64,000 nt of DNA. It comes from Cyanobacteriota bacterium (GTDB taxonomy: Bacteria > Cyanobacteriota > Cyanobacteriia > Cyanobacteriales > Nostocaceae). Location of the stretch: positions 64,001-128,000 of the forward strand of contig JBJOKS010000013.1 in NCBI GenBank assembly GCA_046045965.1. The letters run 5' to 3'. Shown piece by piece: positions 55,052-64,000 of the stretch. The translations under genes were made by a program, and so were the position numbers. Position 1 is the stretch's first letter. Each line of letters begins with the position of its first letter. The notes beneath the pieces were generated by a model. It saw nothing but the letters and a program-made list of their open reading frames with translations, was not told the DNA's origin and did not search any database.

Positions 55052-56311
55052 TTAATTTGTAAACCATTCTGAAGTCAGCCTATTTTCATCAGCTATAAAT
55101 GTCTCAGTTGCGAGAGTGCCATTCATGGTCCAAATTCTATCTGCACCTGTTTGTTGATCTCTCCAGTAGATGTCAGTTCTGCCATCACCATTGAAATCAC
55201 CAAGAGATGATGTCAAACCAGGGGTATTGCTAGGTAAGAAGGCTTCCGATTCAATTGTTGTACCATTCATCAACCAAGCGGTATTCTCACCAGTTGTAGT
55301 ATTGTTCCAGAAAATGTCAGTTCTGCCATCACCATTGAAATCACCAATGTTAGCAGTCCAATCTGTACTCAATGTATTAACAGCACCTTCGGTAACAAGA
55401 ATGCCATTCATGGTCCAAATCTGGTTCTCACCGGTGGAGGTGTTGCGCCACAAAATATCTGTACTTAAGTCGCCGTTAAAATCACCAAGCATAGCAGTCC
55501 AAGACGCATCCTGTGATTGTAAAGTAAATTCGCTGGCTTCGCTACCATCCATAAACCAAACGCTGTTTTCGCCGGTGGTGGTGTTGCGCCAGAAAATGTC
55601 ACTCCTACCATTTCCGTCGAAATCAACAATGGTTGCAGTCAAACCTATTTCTGTTGTTTCTAAAATGTTAGCACTGACAACTGTTGTTCCATCCATTTGC
55701 CAAATGGCATTCTGACCTGTTTGGGCATTGTGCCAGAAAATATCAGTTTTGCGATCGCCATTAAAATCAGCAATATTCGCAGTCCAACCTGGATCAACTC
55801 TATCTAATGTTAGGAAACTAGCAACTCTAGTTCCATCCATTAACACAACCACATTCTCACCAGTTTGTTGGTTGCGTAATAGAAAGTCTGTCTTATTATC
55901 ACTGTTGAAATCAGCAGTTTGATAAGTCCAGGTTGTTAAGTCATATTGACCTAAAGAAGCCTGTTCGACAACGTTTACACCATCCATTAAGCGAACGAAA
56001 ATTTCACCAGTTTGTACATTTACCCACAGTTTATCAGTTCTCCCATCACCGTTGAAATCAGGAACAATTGCTGCACTGGTTAAATAAGGGTTAGGGTTGG
56101 GGTTGGCGCTTCCTACTGGTGGTAACTGAGGTAAAGTATTTGTGGGTAAATCACTTGGTAGTTGGGGAAATAATGAATCTGAAGATGATCCAGGTGCAAA
56201 ATTTGTAGGAAGTTCTGCATTAAGAGGATCTACCAAAGTATTTGATCTTTCGAGAGATAGTAATCCTGCTGATTGTAGGCTTTCTTGATATAATCCTGAT
56301 TGATTAGGCAT
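55052..56311 (-). CDS. FG-GAP/VCBS repeat beta-propeller protein
   Basis: Seven DF(N/D)(G/S)xxx(T/S)D repeats followed by WRN..TGEN..W.M.G segments. Confidence 0.9.
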   Translation of the reverse strand: MPNQSGLYQESLQSAGLLSLERSNTLVDPLNAELPTNFAPGSSSDSLFPQLPSDLPTNTLPQLPPVGSANPNPNPYLTSAAIVPDFNGDGRTDKLWVNVQTGEIFVRLMDGVNVVEQASLGQYDLTTWTYQTADFNSDNKTDFLLRNQQTGENVVVLMDGTRVASFLTLDRVDPGWTANIADFNGDRKTDIFWHNAQTGQNAIWQMDGTTVVSANILETTEIGLTATIVDFDGNGRSDIFWRNTTTGENSVWFMDGSEASEFTLQSQDASWTAMLGDFNGDLSTDILWRNTSTGENQIWTMNGILVTEGAVNTLSTDWTANIGDFNGDGRTDIFWNNTTTGENTAWLMNGTTIESEAFLPSNTPGLTSSLGDFNGDGRTDIYWRDQQTGADRIWTMNGTLATETFIADENRLTSEWFTN

Positions 56312-56746
56312 GGTGTGTTTTTATGAGTAATTAATATAAAGTTTTAGTTGATTAAAAATAAAGATTCTGTAAATAAAAAACATTTATTTAATTATTTAAT
56401 GTGAATGTCATTATATATAGATATTTCATTAATGTTTTCCAGAGCTTTTTCTCAAAAATAAAAGTAATATATGAGCAATCAAAAATCAATTTATTTTTTG
56501 TTTATCAATGTCATAATTTAACTATCAAATCCTGTTTTGTTGACAATTTAATTGTCATAATTTATTGATTCAATTTAGGAGTTCTATAAGATTTATATTC
56601 CCAACTTCTGGAATAAGTAGGGGATCTGGTAGTTCGTTAAAAAAATTAAAAATTAGCTAAAATAATTAAGATTAGCAATCACAAACATACCTGTGTAATT
56701 TTGCTAGTGTTAAAAACAATACTATCTTTTCAAGGTTAAATCAGCT

Positions 56747-58054
56747 ATGCAATCAGAATATCGGCAGCGTCGTGAGCAGTTAATGGCGAAAATTGGTACT
56801 GGGACAGGGATTTTTCGCAGCGCACCTTCAGCAGTGATGCACAACGATGTTGAGTATGTTTACAGACAAGATAGTGATTTCTATTACTTAACAGGATTTA
56901 ACGAAGCGCAAGCGGTAGCGGTGTTAGCACCCCATCACCCAGAACATCGGTTTATTTTGTTTGTGCAACCCAAAGATAGAGAAAAGGAAGTTTGGAGTGG
57001 TTATCGCTGTGGAATAGATGCAGCGAAGGAAATTTATGGTGCAGATGCAGCTTATCCTATTGCAGAGTTAGATGAGAAGTTACCACAATATTTGGAAAAA
57101 GCGGATCGGATATATTATCATTTAGGACGCGATCGCAATTTTAATGACAAAATTCTCAAACATTATCAAAGTTTACTGCGTACCTATCCCAAACGCGGAA
57201 CAGGACCAATAGCAATAGAAGATACCAGCACTATTTTACACGGTTTAAGATTACATAAAAGTAAAACCGAAATAGACCTCATGCGTCAAGCAGCGGATAT
57301 TGCAGTGGAAGCACACAACCACGCTTTAAAAGTCACCGCACCAGGACGTTATGAATATGAAATACAAGCAGAAATAGAACATATTTTCCGTTTACGGGGT
57401 GGGATGGGTCCTGCTTATCCTTCCATTGTTGCTGCGGGAAGAAATGCTTGCGTTCTGCATTACATAGAAAATAATTGTCAGATGCAAGAAAACGAATTGT
57501 TATTAATTGATGCTGGTTGTGCTTACGGTTATTACAATTCTGATATTACCAGAACATTTCCGGTGAGTGGTAAATTTACAGGAGAACAAAAAGCATTATA
57601 TGAAATAGTATTAGAAGCACAAAAACAAGCAATACAAGAAGTAAAACCAGGAAATGCTTTTGATGCACCTCATAAAAAAGCAGTGCGTATCTTAACAGAA
57701 GGTTTAGTAGAATTGGGTTTACTCAAAGGGGAAATTGACAAATTAATAGAGGAGGAAAAATACAAACCATTTTATATGCACCGCACCAGTCATTGGTTAG
57801 GGTTGGATGTGCATGATGTGGGAATTTATCAACATGGAGAAAACCCGCAACTTTTACAACCTGGACAAGTGCTGACAATAGAACCAGGACTTTATATTGT
57901 ACCAGATACCACACCCGCAGAAGATCAACCAGCAATAGATCCGCGTTGGGTGGGAATTGGGATTAGAATTGAGGATGATGTGTTGGTTACTGCTGAGGGA
58001 AATGAGGTTTTAACTGCGGGAGTTGCCAAGGAAATTGAGGATGTAGAAAGATGA
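56747..58054 (+). CDS. pepP: Xaa-Pro aminopeptidase
   Basis: DAG....YNSDITRT, HWLGLDVHD, EPG, RIEDD. Confidence 0.95.
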   Translation: MQSEYRQRREQLMAKIGTGTGIFRSAPSAVMHNDVEYVYRQDSDFYYLTGFNEAQAVAVLAPHHPEHRFILFVQPKDREKEVWSGYRCGIDAAKEIYGADAAYPIAELDEKLPQYLEKADRIYYHLGRDRNFNDKILKHYQSLLRTYPKRGTGPIAIEDTSTILHGLRLHKSKTEIDLMRQAADIAVEAHNHALKVTAPGRYEYEIQAEIEHIFRLRGGMGPAYPSIVAAGRNACVLHYIENNCQMQENELLLIDAGCAYGYYNSDITRTFPVSGKFTGEQKALYEIVLEAQKQAIQEVKPGNAFDAPHKKAVRILTEGLVELGLLKGEIDKLIEEEKYKPFYMHRTSHWLGLDVHDVGIYQHGENPQLLQPGQVLTIEPGLYIVPDTTPAEDQPAIDPRWVGIGIRIEDDVLVTAEGNEVLTAGVAKEIEDVER

Positions 58055-58189
58055 TTTGTAAATAATTTGTAGGGAATTATTGCCAGGAATTATAGCCAGG
58101 GAATAAATTCTTAAAAGCTGAAGTCGGTTTTAACCGACTATTTTATTTAACCTTGTATTTGGGAAAAATTTGGCAAGAGTGAATATATT

Positions 58190-58320
58190 TAAGTAGGTAG
58201 GCGTTAAAAATTGTCGTTATGACAAGGCAGGAGGCAGGAGGCAGCTATGCTGGAGGGAGGAGGTTTTTAGCAATTTTACATTTTTTTACATACCTTGGTT
58301 TTTTCGTGCCGACTTACTTA
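58190..58320. mobile_element. MITE (131 bp) with TA-ended terminal inverted repeats
   Basis: Left end TAAGTAGGTAGGC; right end GCCGACTTACTTA (11/13 complementary); internal GGCAGGA heptamers. Confidence 0.7.
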
Positions 58321-58389
58321 GATACAATATAAAATATCTATTTTCTGATTTTTTTGTTTGTCAAAAACCAAATTTAACCGGAGGTGACA

Positions 58390-58947
58390 ATGACTCTTAC
58401 TTTAGTCAGACACCAATTTACTGTTAAACAATATCATCAAATGGCTGATGCGGGTATTTTAACAGAAAATGACCGTGTAGAATTAATCAGGGGGGAAATG
58501 ATTGATATGTCACCTATTGGGACAAGACACTCAGGTTGTGTACTATTTTTAAATAGTTTACTAGCTGTGTTATTGGGAGGACGTGCTTTAATTAATGTGC
58601 AGAATCCTGTAGAATTAGATGAAATTTCTGAACCGCAACCAGACATAGCATTATTAAAACCCCGTGCAGATTTTTATAGAAATGCACACCCCCAACCAGA
58701 AGATATATTTTTGTTAATAGAAGTTGCCGATACAACGGTAAAATATGATCGGGAAGTGAAAATTCCTTTGTATGCAGAAGCAAATATTCCTGAAGTTTGG
58801 TTAGTGGATGTTAACCAGGAAATTATGGAAGTTTATAGAAATGCTATTGATGGAATTTATCAGGATGTAAAGAATTTAGGGAAGAATCAAGTTTTATCAA
58901 TTTTAGCTTTTCCTGATGTGAATATTAATGTGAGTGAGATATTTTAA
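58390..58947 (+). CDS. Uma2 (DUF820) family putative endonuclease
   Basis: RVELIRG, EPQPDI, LIEVAD, K..LYA...IPEVW. Confidence 0.92.
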   Translation: MTLTLVRHQFTVKQYHQMADAGILTENDRVELIRGEMIDMSPIGTRHSGCVLFLNSLLAVLLGGRALINVQNPVELDEISEPQPDIALLKPRADFYRNAHPQPEDIFLLIEVADTTVKYDREVKIPLYAEANIPEVWLVDVNQEIMEVYRNAIDGIYQDVKNLGKNQVLSILAFPDVNINVSEIF

Positions 58948-58951
58948 AGTA

Positions 58952-59026
58952 GTAGGTTGGGTTAAATGAAATGCAACCCAACAAAGTCTGCAAAACGTTG
59001 GTTTTCCTTATGTCAACCCAACCTAC
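58952..59026. repeat. GTAG-type REP doublet (REPIN-like)
   Basis: gtaggttgggtt..aacccaac, spacer, gttggttt..aacccaacctac; between convergent genes. Confidence 0.75.
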
Positions 59027-59049
59027 AATTTTGATATATGGTGAAATAT

Positions 59050-62000
59050 TTACTCTATCGGGAAACCAGGAATTAAATAATCAATTTCTTGCATTAACCG
59101 CAAGGTTTCTGTTAAAGCAACAACGATTTTTTGATAGTGGATAATCTCATCTTCAGATAATACTCGATTAGCATTTTTTCTATCTTTTAACCATTTATCC
59201 AATACTTGATATCCACCTATTTTAAATTCCCAGATGTGTTGAGGAATATCTGTAAAATAATTCTGTTTATTGATATAAACTCTTTGCAATTCTGAATTAT
59301 AGGTAACTTCAGTAATTTGATTATCTCCTATTTGTTGATAGGTTGTAATTAAATTATCGAGTTTTTCAGATTTCATTAAATGTAAATTGACTAATTCTTC
59401 TCCTTTGGTAGCTAAAGAATTAAATAGTTTTTGATTACTGGTTAAGGGAAGACGGGGAAAATCAATCTTGAGAAATTCAGCGTATCTAGTGCGATAGATA
59501 GGACTGTGAAAAATAGCATAAGCATAGTAAAATATTTGTTCTGGAGTTGGTATTTTACCAAGTTTGTTTTTTATAGTTTCTAAGAATTTTGGGGATAAGT
59601 TAGGAGTTTTTTCTACGAAAAGGTTAGTTTGTTCATTTTCTGTATTTGGATAAGTGTAGAGAGGGAAAACACTTGGTCTACCTCTATTACTAAAAAAACT
59701 ACGATTATCAACTATATGATTACAAACCATAAAATGTGTATATTGATTATCTCCTGAAGCTACTTGTCTCATCGCTAATAGTCCCAGGTTATTCTGAATT
59801 AAATTTGTTAAAACTTTTTCTTGCATTCTTCTAAGAATACTATGAAAATAGGTAAATCTTATATCAAAGGGTCTATAATATATCGGTTGAATTAGATTAT
59901 TTTCGATTCCATTTTGAACAATTAATAATCTGGATTTAAAAAAGTTCCAATTAGAAGAATCTGCAATTTTATAAACATCAGCTATGTCTTGATCAGAAAT
60001 TTTGGGGTTAGCTAAAATTTTAATAAATTCTTGAATTTTATTTTTTTCAAAAGCAACTAAAACATCATCTTTTCCAGTTTCTATGACGTTAGAATAGACT
60101 AAAAATATATCTTGAAGACTCCAATATTTTTTATATTCTTTTTCTGTATCTGAACAATAATTGATAGCAGTAAAAAAGTAATTTGGTGCAGTTGGTTGTA
60201 ACTCTATCCAATCAACATTATTTAAACTTGTAGATTCTAAAAACTTATATTTTTCATCACGACTTCCCCACAGATCATAATACCACACCTTAGCCATTTC
60301 CTTGATACCATCTCTGGATTTATAAGCAGTAGAAAAATAATCAGGTTCGCTTTTTTCGCGCACAGCAATTAAAATAGATACACCTTGTTGAATATCAAAA
60401 ACATTTTGATCAACATTTCCCTCTGGTGTAGTTTCTTTTAATAAAGAATTACCATGTAAATCCATAATATATAAAGTATCAAAATACTTTAATAACTCCT
60501 CTCTCATACCGCGATGAATTAACCCATTGAGATAGGAATGATTAGTAATAAAACCGATGATACCATAGCCTTTAGGTGTTTTTTGAATTTGATATTGAGC
60601 AAAACGAATAAATTTAATATAATCATCATCTAAAGGTTGAATATTCTTTTCTTTTTCTAACCTAACTCTACCTTTATATAATTCTAAAAGTTCTCCAATA
60701 TGGGTTAATTCAGTAATAGTTTTACCAGCTTTTCCGGTTTTATAAATCCGATTCCAAACTGAACCAGTATATTCAACATCAGCTAAATATCTTTCATCTT
60801 GGTTTAAGATTCTTTTGCGTTTACTCGCATTTTGGGAACTAACAGAATAAGGAGGATTTCCTAATACCACCATTACGGGAATTTCGGTTTTCACTTTTCC
60901 AGCTTGACTGGATTCTTCAGCTATAATTTGCGTGATACCAGGAATCAAATCACCTTGTTTTATTCCTTCTTCCAACGCATTAGTTAAATAAATATTTAAT
61001 CTTTCATCCGGTGCAAATTTATAACCCAAATCTCCTAATAATAAACCTAACTTTAGATGTGCTATGGTGTAAGGAGTCATTAATAACTCAAACCCAAAAA
61101 GACGATTTACAAGTTTTGCATCTCTTAAAAAACTATTCCATTTATCAATTCCATATTTAGCGACATTATCCCGAATTTGTTTGATAACTGCATATAAAAA
61201 AGTTCCTGTACCTGTTGCGGGGTCAAGAATAGTTACTTTTCTATTTCCTAAACCATGTTGTAAATCGAAAATTTCTTCATTCACTAAAATATCATTAACA
61301 GCACGCACAATAAAATTAACTACAGGTTCAGGAGTGTAATAAACTCCGCGACTTTTTCTTAATGAAGATTGATAAGCAGCTAAAAATGTTTCATAAAAGT
61401 GAATAACCGGGTCTTCTGTGCGGGTTTCTCGTCCGAAGGTTTCTAAAATATTGGTCATGTCAACTGTATTTAGTAATTCTACTAAATTTTCAATTGACTT
61501 ATGAATTTTACTAACGCTATCTGTAGCAATAACTATATCAAATAAACCTTTCAAAAAAGGGATTCTATCACTAATATAAATACTGGCTGTTGTGCGGTTA
61601 AATGTAAATTGTCCAGGGTTTTGTGCATGACCAATTCTCGCAGTAAATAAACCATAAGCAATGGTTTGAGCATACATATCCGCAAAACTTTGATTATCTA
61701 TATCCAGAATCAATATTTGTTTAAATGTTTCTTTTAATTGATTTAATTGTTCTGTATATGTTTCTATTTCCAAAGATGAGAAAATCGCGTTTCTAATAGT
61801 TTTAGTATAAGCTGCCATTTCTTTAGCCAAATCATAATAGTTATTAATATCTTTGGCTTTTTGGTCAAGAAATAATTGCAGTAATTCTGTAATAGGTTGT
61901 AAATCATCAACCAGCGTAATTTCACCTTGTTCTAAATCAGCTAATTTCGCAGTTTTTTCACATTCTCCATCGACATACCAACGAAATTCCAGGTAATTAG

Positions 62001-62295
62001 TTAAAATCAAGTTGTAACCAATATTGGATTCTAAATAACGTTTAATTTGTTCTGTTTTTTCGGTTTTCTTTAAATCAACATTAATATCCTTAGCTTCGAT
62101 ATATCCCAAAACTCGATCATTTTTTCTGATGGTAAAATCAGGAATACCTTCTTGATTACCTTTTTCTTCAATTCTGGCATTAATTCCAATCATTAAACCT
62201 TCAATGAGACGTTGTAAACTAGGGTAATGACTGCGTTCTCCACCGCGTTTAATGTTGGTTTGTAAATCTTGGATGTAGTTGTTAAAATTAGACAT
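59050..62295 (-). CDS. Single-chain restriction-modification enzyme (Type IIG / ISP-like: nuclease + N6-adenine MTase + TRD, no helicase)
   Basis: PD..EAK nuclease motif (IPDF...YIEAK), GVYYTP, LDPATGTG, NPPY, YRPFD, IGGYQVLDKWLKDRK. Confidence 0.88.
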   Translation of the reverse strand: MSNFNNYIQDLQTNIKRGGERSHYPSLQRLIEGLMIGINARIEEKGNQEGIPDFTIRKNDRVLGYIEAKDINVDLKKTEKTEQIKRYLESNIGYNLILTNYLEFRWYVDGECEKTAKLADLEQGEITLVDDLQPITELLQLFLDQKAKDINNYYDLAKEMAAYTKTIRNAIFSSLEIETYTEQLNQLKETFKQILILDIDNQSFADMYAQTIAYGLFTARIGHAQNPGQFTFNRTTASIYISDRIPFLKGLFDIVIATDSVSKIHKSIENLVELLNTVDMTNILETFGRETRTEDPVIHFYETFLAAYQSSLRKSRGVYYTPEPVVNFIVRAVNDILVNEEIFDLQHGLGNRKVTILDPATGTGTFLYAVIKQIRDNVAKYGIDKWNSFLRDAKLVNRLFGFELLMTPYTIAHLKLGLLLGDLGYKFAPDERLNIYLTNALEEGIKQGDLIPGITQIIAEESSQAGKVKTEIPVMVVLGNPPYSVSSQNASKRKRILNQDERYLADVEYTGSVWNRIYKTGKAGKTITELTHIGELLELYKGRVRLEKEKNIQPLDDDYIKFIRFAQYQIQKTPKGYGIIGFITNHSYLNGLIHRGMREELLKYFDTLYIMDLHGNSLLKETTPEGNVDQNVFDIQQGVSILIAVREKSEPDYFSTAYKSRDGIKEMAKVWYYDLWGSRDEKYKFLESTSLNNVDWIELQPTAPNYFFTAINYCSDTEKEYKKYWSLQDIFLVYSNVIETGKDDVLVAFEKNKIQEFIKILANPKISDQDIADVYKIADSSNWNFFKSRLLIVQNGIENNLIQPIYYRPFDIRFTYFHSILRRMQEKVLTNLIQNNLGLLAMRQVASGDNQYTHFMVCNHIVDNRSFFSNRGRPSVFPLYTYPNTENEQTNLFVEKTPNLSPKFLETIKNKLGKIPTPEQIFYYAYAIFHSPIYRTRYAEFLKIDFPRLPLTSNQKLFNSLATKGEELVNLHLMKSEKLDNLITTYQQIGDNQITEVTYNSELQRVYINKQNYFTDIPQHIWEFKIGGYQVLDKWLKDRKNANRVLSEDEIIHYQKIVVALTETLRLMQEIDYLIPGFPIE

Positions 62296-62389
62296 AACCA
62301 GCAGCAGCACATTAATAGATAATTTTCGTTTGACAATAGCATAAAACTATTTATAAGTGACTGAATTGTAGCGAAAAATTACAATAGTC

Positions 62390-62426
62390 AAAAAAAATGG
62401 ATATGGTCAAATCAACCACATCCATT
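62390..62426 (-). terminator. Intrinsic terminator of ftsH
   Basis: aatggatatggt/accacatccatt stem with an A8 run (U tract on the minus strand). Confidence 0.7.
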
Positions 62427-62448
62427 CACAGAATTGATAAGTTAGAAA

Positions 62449-64000
62449 TTACAGTTGAGGAACAAACTGTTGCTTATCAGGTACTTCAGTATACTCAGCG
62501 ACAATTTGCCGGAATTCGTCACCGTCAATGGTTTCTTTTTCAATTAACAGATCAACCAAGCGGTCTGTAACACTGCGATGTTCACGAATAATTCTCTTAG
62601 CATTTTCGTAACACTCTTCGGCGATCGCTCTGACTTGTCCATCAATCCGAGAAGCAATAGATTCAGAATACTCTGATCTGGTTGTCCAGTCACGACCTAA
62701 GAAAACTTCACCCTGTTGACTTTCCAAAGACAAAGGACCTAAGTCAGACATCCCAAATCGTGTTACCATTTGTCGTGCCATTCCTGATAACTGTTGCAAG
62801 TCTCCACCCGCACCAGTTGTCACTTCCGCAGCACCGAAAATCACTTCTTCAGCAGCACGACCACCCAAAGCACCAGTAATTCTGGCTTTGAGTTGGGAAC
62901 GAGAAATTAAACCTTGTTCTTCGTTGGGAGTAAACCAGGTTAAACCCTGTGCTTGTCCTCTGGGAATGAGGGTAACTTTTTGTACTGGGTCGTGGTCTTT
63001 TAATAAAGTACCCACCAAAGCATGACCGATTTCATGGTAAGCAATTAACCGCTTACTCTTGCTGTCTACTAAAGGAGTACCTTCCATACCCGCAACTACT
63101 CTGTCTACTGCATCATCAATTTCTAACAGAGTAATTCCTTCTTTGCGTCTTCTAGCGGTGAGAATAGCTGCTTCATTGAGGAGGTTAGCTAAGTCTGCAC
63201 CTGTAAAGCCGGGTGTACGACGAGCGATCGCATCTAAGGAAACGCTGGGATCTAATTTTTTATTGCGAGCATGAACTTGCAATATTTCTAAACGTCCTTT
63301 AATGTCGGGAGCATCAACAGTTACTTGTCTATCAAAACGACCGGGACGCAATAGTGCTGAGTCTAAAACATCAGGACGGTTGGTAGCAGCAATAATAATG
63401 ATGCCTGTATTACCTTCAAAACCATCCATTTCGGTTAATAGTTGGTTTAAGGTTTGCTCTCTTTCATCATTACCACCACCGATACCCGCACCCCGTTGAC
63501 GACCTACAGCGTCAATTTCATCAATAAAGATGATACAAGGAGCGTTATCTTTCGCTTTTTTAAACAAGTCGCGGACACGGGAAGCACCCACACCCACAAA
63601 CATTTCGACAAACTCAGAACCAGAGATAGAGAAGAAAGGAACAGCAGCTTCTCCAGCGATCGCTTTTGCTAGTAGAGTTTTACCAGTACCAGGAGGTCCA
63701 ACCAACAGCACACCTTTGGGAATTTTCGCACCCACAGCCGTAAATTTTTCCGGTTGTTTCAAGAAAGTGACAACTTCCTGTAATTCTTCCTTCGCTTCTT
63801 CAATTCCCGCCACATCATCAAATTTTACGCCGGTTTTCGCTTCCATTTGGAAACGAGCGCGAGATTTACCGAAATTCATCGCTTGGCCAGGACCACCGGG
63901 AAGATTATTAGAACGACGGAACAAGAAGAATAAACCAGTAATCAATAAAACTGGAAAGATCAAATTTCCCAACAAACCCCAGATAGCGCCATCATTGCGG
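62449..64000 (-). CDS. ftsH2: ATP-dependent zinc metalloprotease FtsH2-type (5' end outside window)
   Basis: [17 protein letters not shown] motif, HEIGH; frame open to the window end ([13 protein letters not shown]). Confidence 0.93.
   Translation of the reverse strand, partial: RNDGAIWGLLGNLIFPVLLITGLFFLFRRSNNLPGGPGQAMNFGKSRARFQMEAKTGVKFDDVAGIEEAKEELQEVVTFLKQPEKFTAVGAKIPKGVLLVGPPGTGKTLLAKAIAGEAAVPFFSISGSEFVEMFVGVGASRVRDLFKKAKDNAPCIIFIDEIDAVGRQRGAGIGGGNDEREQTLNQLLTEMDGFEGNTGIIIIAATNRPDVLDSALLRPGRFDRQVTVDAPDIKGRLEILQVHARNKKLDPSVSLDAIARRTPGFTGADLANLLNEAAILTARRRKEGITLLEIDDAVDRVVAGMEGTPLVDSKSKRLIAYHEIGHALVGTLLKDHDPVQKVTLIPRGQAQGLTWFTPNEEQGLISRSQLKARITGALGGRAAEEVIFGAAEVTTGAGGDLQQLSGMARQMVTRFGMSDLGPLSLESQQGEVFLGRDWTTRSEYSESIASRIDGQVRAIAEECYENAKRIIREHRSVTDRLVDLLIEKETIDGDEFRQIVAEYTEVPDKQQFVPQL

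Overview
AT-rich chromosomal window from a heterocyst-forming cyanobacterium (Nostocales). The assignment is inferred from HIP1 GCGATCGC octamers, heptameric STRR repeats, STRR inside rnpB helix P12 and TTTTCCACA DnaA boxes. It contains the replication-origin region (dnaA, a DnaA-box cluster, dnaN) and many core genes: fabG, groEL2 with CIRCE, corA, rnpB, rnc, der, tRNA-Val, dhaKL, def, htrA, an AphC-like photoreceptor kinase, a cruE-like oxidoreductase, hemD, frameshifted prfB, ybeY, pepP and ftsH2. Three accessory blocks stand out. (1) A Dpd-type operon dpdE(partial)-F-G-H-I stops without dpdJ/K/D. (2) A two-gene cassette, a membrane KAP NTPase with a C-terminal GUN4 domain plus an Rpn/DUF4351-like nuclease gene with an internal RBS+ATG, is wedged between dnaA and oriC. 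A second, internally deleted copy upstream of def-htrA-dnaA keeps only the small C-terminal (antitoxin-like) ORF intact. (3) A MITE, Uma2 gene, REP doublet and single-chain restriction-modification gene lie between pepP and ftsH2. Non-coding signals include an orphan MerR-type operator, an IS200/IS605 right-end remnant, HLR1-like motifs and several small dispersed repeat families. Family assignments come from motif recognition, not database searches.
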